DNA of 32,000 nucleotides from an uncultured Chloroflexia bacterium (GCA_963704755.1 OY969938.1:2940001-2972000), one strand, 5' to 3'; numbered from the stretch's first letter, positions 1 through 8,639 are shown. Notes: generated by a model from the letters alone, not told the origin. Numbers and translations: made by a program.

Positions 1-134
1 CATCTGCTGCACGGAGTGGCTTCCCAACCGGACATCGATCGAAGGTTAGCGGTTGAGATGTGAGTTTATCGGTTCAAGGGGAACCAGTGAATAGCCTGAT
101 CGTTTCAGGCTGGCCAGTTTAAGGAGTTGAAAGA

Positions 135-527
135 ATGAGAAACGTTTGGAAATGGGTTGTCATCATCGGCGGGATACTGATCCTGGCCTTTTTGGTAGCC
201 CTATTTTTGTTCGGCAGGGGGATCGGGTATCGGTGGTTTCCTGGTTATATGCCGATGATGAACGGGCCCTGGCAAATGGGTCCGAACATGTTCGGTTTTC
301 GTGGAGGGGGGCTTTCAGGAGGGTGGACCGTGGTCTTTGGAATAATTTTTGTCTTACTGGCTTTATTAGCACTGGTGGTGTTGGTAGGCGTGGGCATCTT
401 TTTCCTGGTGCGTGCGTCGAACCGGGCCCAAACCCAGCCGGCGGTCAGCGCCAAGACCTGCCCGAGCTGTGGTAAACCGGTGCAGGCGGATTGGGCGAAC
501 TGCCCCTATTGCGGCACAAAATTGTAA
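135..527 (+). CDS. membrane protein with C-terminal zinc-ribbon
   Basis: AAGGAG (121-126) lies 8 nt upstream of the ATG. Two hydrophobic segments. C-terminal CPSCG-x10-CPYCG double-CxxC motif. Confidence 0.7.
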   Translation: MRNVWKWVVIIGGILILAFLVALFLFGRGIGYRWFPGYMPMMNGPWQMGPNMFGFRGGGLSGGWTVVFGIIFVLLALLALVVLVGVGIFFLVRASNRAQTQPAVSAKTCPSCGKPVQADWANCPYCGTKL

Positions 528-560
528 CTGTTCTGCCCTGATCCGCATGCTCGCAGTTCG

Positions 561-589
561 TTGACAGTCTCTGCCTTCCTTGGTATGCT
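561..589 (+). promoter_or_regulatory. sigma-70-type promoter of the SRP RNA gene
   Basis: TTGACA (561-566), 17-nt spacer, TATGCT (584-589). Predicted start about 596. Confidence 0.6.
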
Positions 590-595
590 TAAGCC

Positions 596-708
596 CGCGT
601 CCGGGCGGGACCGGCGCGGCAGAATCCGCCGAACCCTGTCAGGTCCGAGAGGAAGCAGCAGTAAGGTGGCCACTCTGGGCGCCGCCGGAAAACCTGCCCG
701 GCGCATTT
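596..708 (+). ncRNA. ffs: signal recognition particle RNA (small 4.5S type)
   Basis: CAGGUCC-GAGA-GGAAGCAGC at 640-659 matches the E. coli 4.5S domain IV core, except the GNRA loop is GAGA instead of GGAA. The 5' GCG(U)CCGGGCGG pairs with 3' CCUGCCCGGCGC (693-704). A T7 run follows at 706-712. Confidence 0.85.
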
Positions 709-772
709 TTTTAAGTAAAACCAGTCCGAAAAATATTTTTAGGTAACTACGCAGGATTAGGTTAAAGGGTCC

Positions 773-829
773 CCGAATTTGAGGTGTTCGCGGGGGCGAA
801 GTCTTCGACCGCGAACACCTCAAATTCGG
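773..829. repeat. palindromic element, copy 1 (arms CCGAATTTGAGGTGTTCGCG)
   Basis: 20-nt arms at 773-792 and 810-829 are perfect reverse complements. The same arms recur at 24822-24876. Confidence 0.85.
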
Positions 830-909
830 TTTCCTTACCCGATAAGTTGAGCAGTGACTACCTGAAACAATATTCGGATAGAAAACACAATTTAAATTCC
901 GGCAGGTAC

Positions 910-1791
910 ATGAATAACCCTCCAGTTTGTAATTATGAAGGCTCCGACTACCAGCGAACCTTTTGGGAAGAAGGCGGGCGTAACTATGAGGACGCCGTCG
1001 AAGCCGTCGCTTTAGGCCGTTTGCTGCCCTCTTCGGGCAGGCTGATGCTGGAACTGGGCGCCGGTGCAGGCCGGAATACGCCCCGCTACACCGGCTATCA
1101 AAAGATCGTCCTGCTCGATTATTCGCGCAGCCAGCTCGAGCTGGCTCGCCAGCGCCTGGGCGACAGTGATCGATATATCTATGTGGCCGCCAATGTGTAC
1201 CATTTACCTTTCGTGGATGGTCTCTTCGACGGCGCTACCATGATCCGGACCCTGCATCACATGGCCGAGCCACGCCAGGCCCTGGAAGGCATTCGCAAGG
1301 TGCTGCAAAAGGATGCGGCTTTTATTCTGGAATACGCCAACAAGCGCAATTTAAAATCGATTTTACGGTTCAGCCTGGGCCGCCAGAGCTGGAACCCCTT
1401 CAGCCCCGAGCCGATCGAATTCGCGGCGCTCAATTACGATTTTCACCCGGCCACCGTGCGCGCCTGGTTGAAGGCCAGCCGGTTCGCGGTACGGCGCCAG
1501 TTGACCGTCTCGCACTACCGCATGGGCTTCTTCAAGAAGCTGTTTCCGCTGCGCCTGCTGGTCTGGATGGACAGCCAGGCCCAGCTCAGCGGTGATCTCT
1601 GGCAGCTTTCGCCCAGCGTGTTCACCCTTTGCCATGCCATGGGCGAGACGCCCAACGCTTCCGAAGGCGCTTTCTTCCGCTGCCCGCACTGCGGCGGCCT
1701 GTTGAAAGATACCCCGCCGCTGATCGCCTGCCCTTCGTGTGGTAAAACTTACCCGGTCGAGGGCGGCATTTACGACTTCCGGGATGAGTGA
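910..1791 (+). CDS. class I SAM-dependent methyltransferase with C-terminal Trm112-like zinc ribbon
   Basis: LELGAGAGRN SAM-binding motif. C-terminal CPHCG...CPSCG...GIYDF. Start moved to ATG 910 because the longer ORF (784) reads through the palindromic element. Confidence 0.85.
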   Translation: MNNPPVCNYEGSDYQRTFWEEGGRNYEDAVEAVALGRLLPSSGRLMLELGAGAGRNTPRYTGYQKIVLLDYSRSQLELARQRLGDSDRYIYVAANVYHLPFVDGLFDGATMIRTLHHMAEPRQALEGIRKVLQKDAAFILEYANKRNLKSILRFSLGRQSWNPFSPEPIEFAALNYDFHPATVRAWLKASRFAVRRQLTVSHYRMGFFKKLFPLRLLVWMDSQAQLSGDLWQLSPSVFTLCHAMGETPNASEGAFFRCPHCGGLLKDTPPLIACPSCGKTYPVEGGIYDFRDE

Positions 1792-1792
1792 G

Positions 1793-2551
1793 ATGGACAC
1801 CATGGATGAGGCCCGATTACAAAAAGCCGCCGAACGGGGCGAGCCTTCCTACGTCTGGCGTGCCGGCCAGGACCGGCGCCTGGAGATGATCCGGGCTGCG
1901 GCCGGCGAGCGTCTGCACGGCCGCATTTTCGTGGACGGCTGCGGCCTGGGCATGTACCTGGGGCATCTGGCGGCCGAAGCACAGCAGGCGGTGGGCCTGG
2001 ATATCGAACATGCCCGTACTCGCCAGGCGCTCGAGCGGGCCGACCAGGTGATCTGTGGGGCCGGAGAAAGGTTGCCTTTCCCGGATAATTACTTCGACCT
2101 GACCCTCAGCCACGAAGTGCTCGAACACGTCCAGGACGATCGCCAGTCGGTGTGCGAGATCGTGCGCACCCTGCGCCCGGGCGGCCGGCTGGTCCTGTTT
2201 TGCCCTAACCGGGGCTATCCCTTCGAGACGCATGGCATCTACTGGCGGGGGCGCTACCACTTTGGCAATAAGCCCCTGGTCAATTACCTGCCGCGGCGTT
2301 TACGGAATAAACTGGCCCCGCACGTCAATATCTACACCCACCGCGACCTGGAGCGGCTGTTCGCCGGCCTGCCGGTGCGCTACGTCCGTCGCACGGTCAT
2401 ATTCGGCGCCTACGATAATTTGATCGCTCGATTTGGCCCGGCCGGCAAGACCCTGCGGGCCATTCTGCAAACCCTCGAACGCACCCCCCTGCGGTTTTTT
2501 GGCCTGTCCCATTTCTGGGTGGTGGAGAAGATGGGGACAAGTAATGAGTAA
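1793..2551 (+). CDS. class I SAM-dependent methyltransferase (Methyltransf_11-like)
   Basis: VDGCGLGMY motif I, RPGGRLVL motif. ATG 1793 lies 1 nt after the upstream TGA (1789-1791), suggesting translational coupling. Confidence 0.85.
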   Translation: MDTMDEARLQKAAERGEPSYVWRAGQDRRLEMIRAAAGERLHGRIFVDGCGLGMYLGHLAAEAQQAVGLDIEHARTRQALERADQVICGAGERLPFPDNYFDLTLSHEVLEHVQDDRQSVCEIVRTLRPGGRLVLFCPNRGYPFETHGIYWRGRYHFGNKPLVNYLPRRLRNKLAPHVNIYTHRDLERLFAGLPVRYVRRTVIFGAYDNLIARFGPAGKTLRAILQTLERTPLRFFGLSHFWVVEKMGTSNE

Positions 2552-2607
2552 TAAGTAATGAGGGATCAGGAATTTTTCCTGATCCCTCATTACTTATTAC
2601 TCATTAC
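2541..2607. terminator. long perfect palindrome / bidirectional terminator between convergent genes
   Basis: The 30-nt arm 2541-2570 is the exact reverse complement of 2578-2607. The loop is AATTTTT. It overlaps the stop codon at 2549-2551. Confidence 0.7.
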
Positions 2608-2611
2608 TCTT

Positions 2612-3571
2612 CTAGTACCAGACCCTGAACCAGGATTGGGTGGAGGCCAATTCACCGGCGGCCATGACCTGGACTTGCAGTTCGACCACCTGGTTGGGGG
2701 TCAAATCTCCGATGGGGAAAGACAGCACCGAAATGCCGTCCGAATTGGTATCGGGAGCACGGTAGGCATTGATCTGCCCGTCCTCGGTTTTGACGTATAC
2801 CCACACCTGGGCGCTGGCGACCGGTTTGCGGTACATGTCGTACACCACCACATAGACGGTTTGCTGGCTGTTGGCCGAGATCAGTGCGCGGCCGACGAAG
2901 GCGAACGCCTTGGGATTGCGCGGCTCACCCGGAGCGGCGCTGCCGGCCGGGTTGAGCAGGGGTGGGTCGTTGACCGCCAGGTCGAAGTAGCGCTTGCCCA
3001 GGTCGGTCAGTACCACGTGGCTGTCCAATTCTTTCTCGGGCTGCCATTCCATGCGCACTTTTTCGAAATACTGTACGTAGCGGCCTTCGCGTACTTCCAG
3101 GTCCGAGATCGGGTTGCCGAAGTTGACCGGGCCGTTATTGGCATCATAGAACTGCAGGAAGGCGTAACAAACGTTCTTGCCGGTAACCTGGAAGAAGCGG
3201 CAGGTCGGGCCATCGGTGGGCACCGGGGCCAGCGGTCCGGGGCCCGGGTACATCAGCTCACCCAGGTTGGCCACCGAAATCTGCTCGTCGCCGTTGATCC
3301 CCTTGACCAGGTCGAAGCGCGCCTTGGTGAAGTATTGCACGGTGGTGATCCCGCTGGAGGACATACCCTCGAACTCATCCGTGATCGGCAGCCCATAGAT
3401 ATCCAACGGGTCGCTCAAACTGTAGTATTGATTCAGGAAAGGTCCACTGACGGTATGGCCCGTGTTGAAATCAACCCAATTGTCGGTGGACTGGGCATGC
3501 CCGGAGGTAGCCAGACCAGCCGTGAAAATTAAGGCGATGAAGAAAAGGAGGATCCTGCTTTTTCCCCTCAT
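2612..3571 (-). CDS. secreted protein with LGFP-like repeats and C-terminal Ig-like region (family tentative)
   Basis: Signal peptide MRGKSRILLFFIALIFTAGLATSGHAQ. Two repeats of the form (Y/F)G-x-PI(T/S)D-E...VQYF-K-R. The opposite-strand ORF 2558-3532 is a shadow. Confidence 0.8.
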   Translation of the reverse strand: MRGKSRILLFFIALIFTAGLATSGHAQSTDNWVDFNTGHTVSGPFLNQYYSLSDPLDIYGLPITDEFEGMSSSGITTVQYFTKARFDLVKGINGDEQISVANLGELMYPGPGPLAPVPTDGPTCRFFQVTGKNVCYAFLQFYDANNGPVNFGNPISDLEVREGRYVQYFEKVRMEWQPEKELDSHVVLTDLGKRYFDLAVNDPPLLNPAGSAAPGEPRNPKAFAFVGRALISANSQQTVYVVVYDMYRKPVASAQVWVYVKTEDGQINAYRAPDTNSDGISVLSFPIGDLTPNQVVELQVQVMAAGELASTQSWFRVWY

Positions 3572-3579
3572 AGGTTTTA

Positions 3580-3608
3580 ATTATATAGCGTATAGATAAA
3601 AATTACAA
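3580..3608 (-). promoter_or_regulatory. putative promoter giving a leaderless or near-leaderless mRNA
   Basis: On the minus strand: TTGTAA (3603-3608), 17 nt, TATAAT (3580-3585). Only 8 nt separate the -10 from the ATG (3569-3571), and there is no SD. Confidence 0.45.
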
Positions 3609-3670
3609 TTCTTTCTAAGATTTCATCAGGATGATGACAATTTGTTAACCTGGGGGTGGTAGCTTTAGGC

Positions 3671-4060
3671 GTAGGGTGCAGTTGCGAGGCTGACATCTCG
3701 AGCCTGGTTAATCATCAGGATGTGAGCCGGTCCATGCGTGCCCGCAACGCACCATTGCGGCCTCGACGTAACGAGTTGCCTAAATCGGCGAATTTATTCG
3801 CCGCAACAACAAAACGAAACCTGCCCCGCATTCTTAAGCCCCTCTCCCGTTTCTGGGAGAGGGGTTGGGGTGAGGGGAAACAGGCGTGTAGCGTGTCACG
3901 GCACCGGCTGGACCGGAGGCCTCTCCCCAGACCAAGCCTTGCCCGTACCCCCGACGTTTTTGGCGAGCCCAGGCGTGTTGGTGCGTTGCGGGCGCACATG
4001 GATGGGCATTTTACCCGGTGATTTAACGGCATCATGGATATTGCCCGCAACCGCACCCTA
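3671..4060. repeat. MITE-like element with nested long inverted repeats
   Basis: GTAGGGTGCAGTTGCGAGGC (3671-3690) matches the reverse complement of 4042-4060. TCCATGCGTGCCCGCAACGCACCA (from ~3733) matches the reverse complement of ~3979-4002. The centre carries the CCCCTCTCCC/GGGAGAGGGG hairpin. Confidence 0.5.
3833..3877. repeat. hairpin module C copy (AGCCCCTCTCCCGyTTCTGGGAGAGGGGTTGGGGTGAGGG)
   Basis: 10-bp stem CCCCTCTCCC/GGGAGAGGGG. Near-identical copies at 20994-21033 and 21131-21170. Confidence 0.8.
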
Positions 4061-4149
4061 CATTTTGCCCGTGTGCCATTTGTACCCAATTTCCTCATAT
4101 CTTATAGCCTCACCCAAATCGAATCCACGTTAAAATAAAACCACCTAAA

Positions 4150-5865
4150 ATGAGCGATTTTAATTCCAACCCTGAAAAGAACGCCAAGATTGGCTATGTC
4201 GTCGGCGGGAGCCTGAAAGATTCCCTGGCGGTGCGCCTGACCGTGCCGCCCCAGGAAGTACAGGAGGGCAGCTTCGTGGTCATCGAGAGCGGCGACTGGC
4301 ATTTTTACGGCCTGGTCACCGACCTGCAGTTGGGCGCAACCGACCCGCGCTTTGCCGACGAGCAGTCCGAGGCGCGCCTGCCGGGCGGCCTGGACGGGCT
4401 GCTGCACGGCCAAACCCTGTACACCAACCTGCAAGTCCTGCCGGCCTTGATGCAGCAAACCGGCCCGGACCCGCTTTCGGATGCATACGCCGCCTGGCGG
4501 GAGGCCCACCCGGACGATTCCGAGCTGCAACCGCAGCCGGTCAAGACTGTGCCGGCCCATCACGCCGGTGTGCGCCTTTCGGATGCGGCCGACGTGGCCA
4601 ACATTTTCGGCAGGCCAGGCGGGGCCAACTACGTCATCGGCTATACCCGCGAGCAGGGCCACCCGGTCTGCATCGACCTGGAAAAGTTCGTCCAGCGCTC
4701 CTCGGGTATCTTTGGGGCCACCGGCACGGGCAAATCCTTCCTGACCCGCATCATCCTGGCCGGGCTGATCGACTACAATGCCGCCTCGGTGCTGGTCTTC
4801 GATATGCATAACGAGTACGCCTACGACGATGTGGCCTCCGACACGCGCGAGACCGTCCCCGGGCTGAAGACCAAGTTCCGCGCGCGCGTACGCGTGGCCG
4901 GGCTGGGCCGCAACGCCAGCATCCGCGGCCAATCCCCCGAGTTCAACCTGGAACTGGCCGAAGGCGATATCGTGCCCGAAGACATCGAAATGCTCACCCG
5001 CGAGCTGAACCTGCGCGAGACCACGCCTACTACCCTGGAGGCGCTCTGGCATTCCTTCCACGAGGATTGGTTCCACGAGTTCAAGGCCATGAAAGTGGGC
5101 AGCCTGATCGAGGATGACAGTGGCAAGAAGGTCCCGGCCCCAGACAGCGTGGCCTTTTGGGCCAACCGGGTGGGGGTCAATGTGGCCGCTGCCGAGGGCC
5201 TGCGTAACAAGCTCGGGCGCCTCTTCAACTTGAATTACCTGGTTGAAAAACCGGCCGCGGACGCCTTGAGCGAGATCATCCACGCCCTGGAACGCGGCCA
5301 GCACGTCATCCTCTCGTTTGGCGACCACGAGAACGACCTGGACTATTTGCTGGTGACCAACCTGCTCACCCGCCGCATCCGCAGTGCCTGGGAGGACCAG
5401 ACCAACCGCTTCCGCTCGCACCCCGAAAAAGAAGCGGAACCGCGCCCGCTGGTGGTGGTCGTCGAAGAGGCTCACAAGCTGCTCAACCGCGAGATGGCCG
5501 CCCAGACCGCCTTTGCCAGCATTGCGCGCGAGATGCGCAAATATTACGTCACCCTGCTGATTATCGACCAGCGCCCCTCTCAGATCTATGACGAAGTCAT
5601 GTCGCAGTTGGGCACGCGCGTCACCGCCTGGCTGGGCGACGAGGCCGATATCGGCGCGGTACTTTCCGGCCTGGCCGGGCGGGATGCGCTGCGCGGGATG
5701 CTGGCCCGCTTGCAGCCCAAGGAAGAAGTTCTCTTGTTGGGCTGGGGCGTCAAAATGCCGATCCTGGTCCGCTCGCGGCGCTATGACCGGGCTTTTTGGC
5801 AGGAAATTCAGCCGGCCCGGACCACCCGCAGCGCCGAAGAAGCTGCCCGCGACCTGTTTGGTTAA
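4150..5865 (+). CDS. HerA-family (DUF87/COG0433-like) ATPase
   Basis: N-terminal HAS-barrel-like IGYVVGGS...GSFVVIE. Walker A GATGTGKS followed by VFDMHNEY. Walker B LVVVVEEAHKLL. LLIIDQRPSQI motif. Confidence 0.9.
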   Translation: MSDFNSNPEKNAKIGYVVGGSLKDSLAVRLTVPPQEVQEGSFVVIESGDWHFYGLVTDLQLGATDPRFADEQSEARLPGGLDGLLHGQTLYTNLQVLPALMQQTGPDPLSDAYAAWREAHPDDSELQPQPVKTVPAHHAGVRLSDAADVANIFGRPGGANYVIGYTREQGHPVCIDLEKFVQRSSGIFGATGTGKSFLTRIILAGLIDYNAASVLVFDMHNEYAYDDVASDTRETVPGLKTKFRARVRVAGLGRNASIRGQSPEFNLELAEGDIVPEDIEMLTRELNLRETTPTTLEALWHSFHEDWFHEFKAMKVGSLIEDDSGKKVPAPDSVAFWANRVGVNVAAAEGLRNKLGRLFNLNYLVEKPAADALSEIIHALERGQHVILSFGDHENDLDYLLVTNLLTRRIRSAWEDQTNRFRSHPEKEAEPRPLVVVVEEAHKLLNREMAAQTAFASIAREMRKYYVTLLIIDQRPSQIYDEVMSQLGTRVTAWLGDEADIGAVLSGLAGRDALRGMLARLQPKEEVLLLGWGVKMPILVRSRRYDRAFWQEIQPARTTRSAEEAARDLFG

Positions 5866-5933
5866 ATTAAACAGGTCCCTGGGGCGCAATTTAATCCGAA
5901 ATATCCCTTGTTTCTCTCACTGAAAAAGATTAA

Positions 5934-6782
5934 ATGAACAGCACAATCCTTATTTTGCTTTTAATCGTCGCCGGGATCCTTTTGGCCGGAGTGGGCCTGA
6001 AAGTTGGCTTTTCCATCCCTGCCCGGTTGATGCCGCCGCCGATTTACGACGACCCGCTTCCCGCGGAGCGCTACGCCATCCCGGCTGACTTGCCTGTGCC
6101 GGTGCAGCGTTATTTGCGCCTGTGTTTTGGCGAGACCGTGCCGGCCCCCCAAAATGTAGTCGCGTACGGCACCGGGCGTTTCCGCGTCCGCCGGATTGGA
6201 TTTTTGGGCTATCTATGGTCGCCGCTGGCCTGGACGATGACGTTGGTGCCGGCGGACCGTTTTGAATGGCACATCCACCTGACCTGGTTTCGCCAGAAAG
6301 TCGCCGAAGGCAGGGATGAATACCGCCAGGGCAAAGGCAGCTTCCAAATGGGCCACGGGACCATGGAAGGCGAGAACATGGACTACTCCGAACAGGTCAT
6401 GCTGTGGCTTTATACCTTTTTCTTCACTCCCGGGGCGCTGCTGCGCGTGCCGGGCATCACCTGGCAGGCTATCGATGAGCATACGGCCCAGGCCCAGGTC
6501 GAGCAAGCCGGCCGCAGCTTACGCTTCAGCCTGGCGTTCGATCCGCAGACCGGCCAGCTTTCCCGCATTGATACTTCCCGGCCTAGCTCGGGTAAGGGCG
6601 AATTATTCCCCTTTTCGCTCATGCTGCAGGGCCAGCAGACTTTCGATACGTCGACCCTGCCGGTCGGCTTGCAGGCTGCCTGGCAAGACGAACCCTATGT
6701 GCACTACACCCTGGCCGGGATTCAGTATAACGGGCCGGTGGAGGAGACCGCAGAAAGCATGGCGGAGGCTGAAGCCGGTTGA
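5934..6782 (+). CDS. membrane-anchored protein, DUF6544-like (tentative)
   Basis: N-terminal TM helix. LPVPVQRYLRL motif as I recall for DUF6544. No other recognisable motif. Confidence 0.65.
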   Translation: MNSTILILLLIVAGILLAGVGLKVGFSIPARLMPPPIYDDPLPAERYAIPADLPVPVQRYLRLCFGETVPAPQNVVAYGTGRFRVRRIGFLGYLWSPLAWTMTLVPADRFEWHIHLTWFRQKVAEGRDEYRQGKGSFQMGHGTMEGENMDYSEQVMLWLYTFFFTPGALLRVPGITWQAIDEHTAQAQVEQAGRSLRFSLAFDPQTGQLSRIDTSRPSSGKGELFPFSLMLQGQQTFDTSTLPVGLQAAWQDEPYVHYTLAGIQYNGPVEETAESMAEAEAG

Positions 6783-6991
6783 GCGGTTTTGCAAAGCGGC
6801 TTTTTCAACACGCCCGCGGAATTTATTGTACAATAAAATAAATGCGTAACGGTTCGGTCCGGCGAGAATAAGCCTCCGCCTGGGGTATTTGTGTGCGGCT
6901 CCACTGCAAACACCTCAAGCCAGGTGGTCTTTTTCAAGGACCGGGCGGTTATCTAGCTTCATTCTTTCACCAACAAGCATCAGGAGATACC

Positions 6992-7408
6992 ATGTTCCAT
7001 ACCATAATCGTTGTTGGTAACGTAGGTCGCGATCCGGAAATGCGCTATACCCCCAGTGGGCAGGCGGTAACCAGTTTTTCAGTCGCAACCAGCCGCCAGT
7101 ACACCGGTGCGAACGGCCAAAAAGTCAAAGAGACCATCTGGTTCCGCATTTCTGCCTGGGGAAAACAGGCTGAGATCTGCAACAATTACCTGCACAAAGG
7201 CAGCCGGGTCCTGGTCGAGGGCCGGCTGGTTGCCGATCCATCCTCAGGCGGGCCGCGTATCTGGAATCGCTCGGATGGTACCCCTGGAGCTTCTTTCGAA
7301 ATCAGCGCCGGTACGGTGCGCTTCCTCTCTCCGCGCGGCGAAAGTGAAGGCGAATTTGGTGGTGAAGAGGCCACCGAAGCTGATGCCGGGGACGATATTC
7401 CTTTCTAA
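6992..7408 (+). CDS. ssb: single-stranded DNA-binding protein
   Basis: VGNVGRDPEMRYTPSGQAV...WFRISAWGKQAE OB-fold. Acidic C-terminal tail ending DDIPF. AGGAG at 6983-6987. Confidence 0.95.
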   Translation: MFHTIIVVGNVGRDPEMRYTPSGQAVTSFSVATSRQYTGANGQKVKETIWFRISAWGKQAEICNNYLHKGSRVLVEGRLVADPSSGGPRIWNRSDGTPGASFEISAGTVRFLSPRGESEGEFGGEEATEADAGDDIPF

Positions 7409-7420
7409 ACCAGGCAAATC

Positions 7421-7750
7421 ATGGAAGAAAAACCTGTACTACCCAAACCGGGGCTGTCGATGGAGCTGCCGGACGACCTTCAGCCGGTATATAGTAACGT
7501 CGCCCGCATCTTCCACACGCCTTCCGACTTTTTAATCGATTTTGCCCGTGTCCTGCCCGGACAGGCTTCAAATCCGGTGCTGGGACGGATCATCATGTCG
7601 CCTTTGGGCGCCAAACTATTCCTGCGCGCGCTGACTGAAAACGTGGCCCGCTTCGAAAGCCAGTTCGGAGAAATCAACATCCCGCCTGGCGATACCGGCC
7701 TGGCCAACGATTTGTTCAAACGCGTGCAGCCCCCCAATTCGAGTGAATAA
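7421..7750 (+). CDS. DUF3467 domain protein
   Basis: YSNVARIFHTPSDFLIDFARV...SPLGAKLFLRAL pattern typical of DUF3467. 12 nt after ssb. Confidence 0.75.
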   Translation: MEEKPVLPKPGLSMELPDDLQPVYSNVARIFHTPSDFLIDFARVLPGQASNPVLGRIIMSPLGAKLFLRALTENVARFESQFGEINIPPGDTGLANDLFKRVQPPNSSE

Positions 7751-7756
7751 ACCCTG

Positions 7757-8422
7757 ATGGAAGACCTTACCCAGTTCAACGAAGATGTTCATGTTTATTT
7801 CGAAGCGCTCAACCAGGCCCGTGACAAAGCCTTACTGCAAGCCCGGCAGCTAACCCGCCTTTCTGCGCACACCATCCGCGCCATCCACCGCAGCGAAGTC
7901 GATGTTGCTCACGAGACGCTGACCCAGGCGCGCGGGGTGGCGAACGCGATGCAAGCCATGCTGTCCGAATATCCCCAGCTCTTGTATGCAGGTTATACCC
8001 AGGATGCGCTGAAAGAATTTTCCGAAGCCAGCCTGACCTGCGCGATTATCGAAGATAAGCCCCTGCCAACCCCCAGCGAACTCAATGTGGATTATGCCAA
8101 TTATCTCAATGGGCTGGCCGAGGTGGTCGGGGAACTGCGCCGGCGTTGCCTGGATATCCTGCGGGCCGGCTATTCGGCCGAGGCCGAGCGCCTGTTGAAC
8201 TGGATGGATGAGATCTATAACGTGCTGGTCACGGTAGATTATCCCGACGCCCTGACCAATGGTTTGCGCCGCCAGACGGACCTGGCCCGCGGCATCATTG
8301 AGCGCACGCGCGGCGACCTGACCATCAGCATCCGCGAAGACCGGCTCCAGCAAGCGCTCAACCGGGCCGTCCATGACCTGGCCAGCGAGGACAATTTGCA
8401 TGCGGACAATCCGCGCGTCTGA
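7757..8422 (+). CDS. translin-family nucleic-acid-binding protein
   Basis: All-helical. YLNGLAEVVGELRR...DALTNGLRRQTD motifs resemble COG2178/translin. 6 nt after the DUF3467 gene. Confidence 0.7.
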   Translation: MEDLTQFNEDVHVYFEALNQARDKALLQARQLTRLSAHTIRAIHRSEVDVAHETLTQARGVANAMQAMLSEYPQLLYAGYTQDALKEFSEASLTCAIIEDKPLPTPSELNVDYANYLNGLAEVVGELRRRCLDILRAGYSAEAERLLNWMDEIYNVLVTVDYPDALTNGLRRQTDLARGIIERTRGDLTISIREDRLQQALNRAVHDLASEDNLHADNPRV

Positions 8423-8639
8423 ACTGGGTTCGTATTTGTACTGCCACCGGGCCTGGTGGTATCAGCAGCAAGGGATCGAATCGGAGAACCTGGGCGAAAT
8501 GACCGCCGGCAGCGCCTTCCACCTGCAGCATGGGCAGAAGGTCTTGACGGCCCGGCTGCTGCGCCTGGCGGGTTGGCTGCTGTTATTGGCTGCCCTGGTC
8601 GCAGGCGCGGTGGCTTTGACGCTGCTGCTGTTGAGGTAA
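8400..8639 (+). CDS. Cas4-like (DUF83) nuclease, N-terminal fragment with TM helix
   Basis: ASELGSYLYC(15)HRAWWY is the N-terminal Cas4 cysteine motif, followed by a hydrophobic helix. Ends at TAA 8637-8639, in the same frame as the next ORF. Confidence 0.6.
   Translation: MRTIRASELGSYLYCHRAWWYQQQGIESENLGEMTAGSAFHLQHGQKVLTARLLRLAGWLLLLAALVAGAVALTLLLLR

Noticed and set aside
784-909. Longer N-terminus of the first methyltransferase (start at 784)
   Set aside because: The extension starts inside the palindromic element and adds no conserved sequence. ATG 910 precedes the conserved domain.
2558-3532. 324-aa plus-strand ORF opposite the secreted-protein gene
   Set aside because: Low-complexity Gly/Val/Arg-rich translation. 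It starts inside the palindrome. The minus-strand frame has a signal peptide and repeat structure.
3656-4133. ORFs of 121-131 aa on both strands in the MITE-like region
   Set aside because: They are Arg/Pro/Gly-rich, overlap one another, and read through inverted repeats and the GGGAGAGGGG module (the PLSRFWERGWGEG-type artefact).
4102-5889. 595-aa minus-strand ORF covering the whole HerA-like gene
   Set aside because: It is a shadow ORF typical of high-GC DNA. It is Gly/Ala/Arg/Gln-rich with no motifs, whereas the plus-strand frame has clear HerA Walker motifs.
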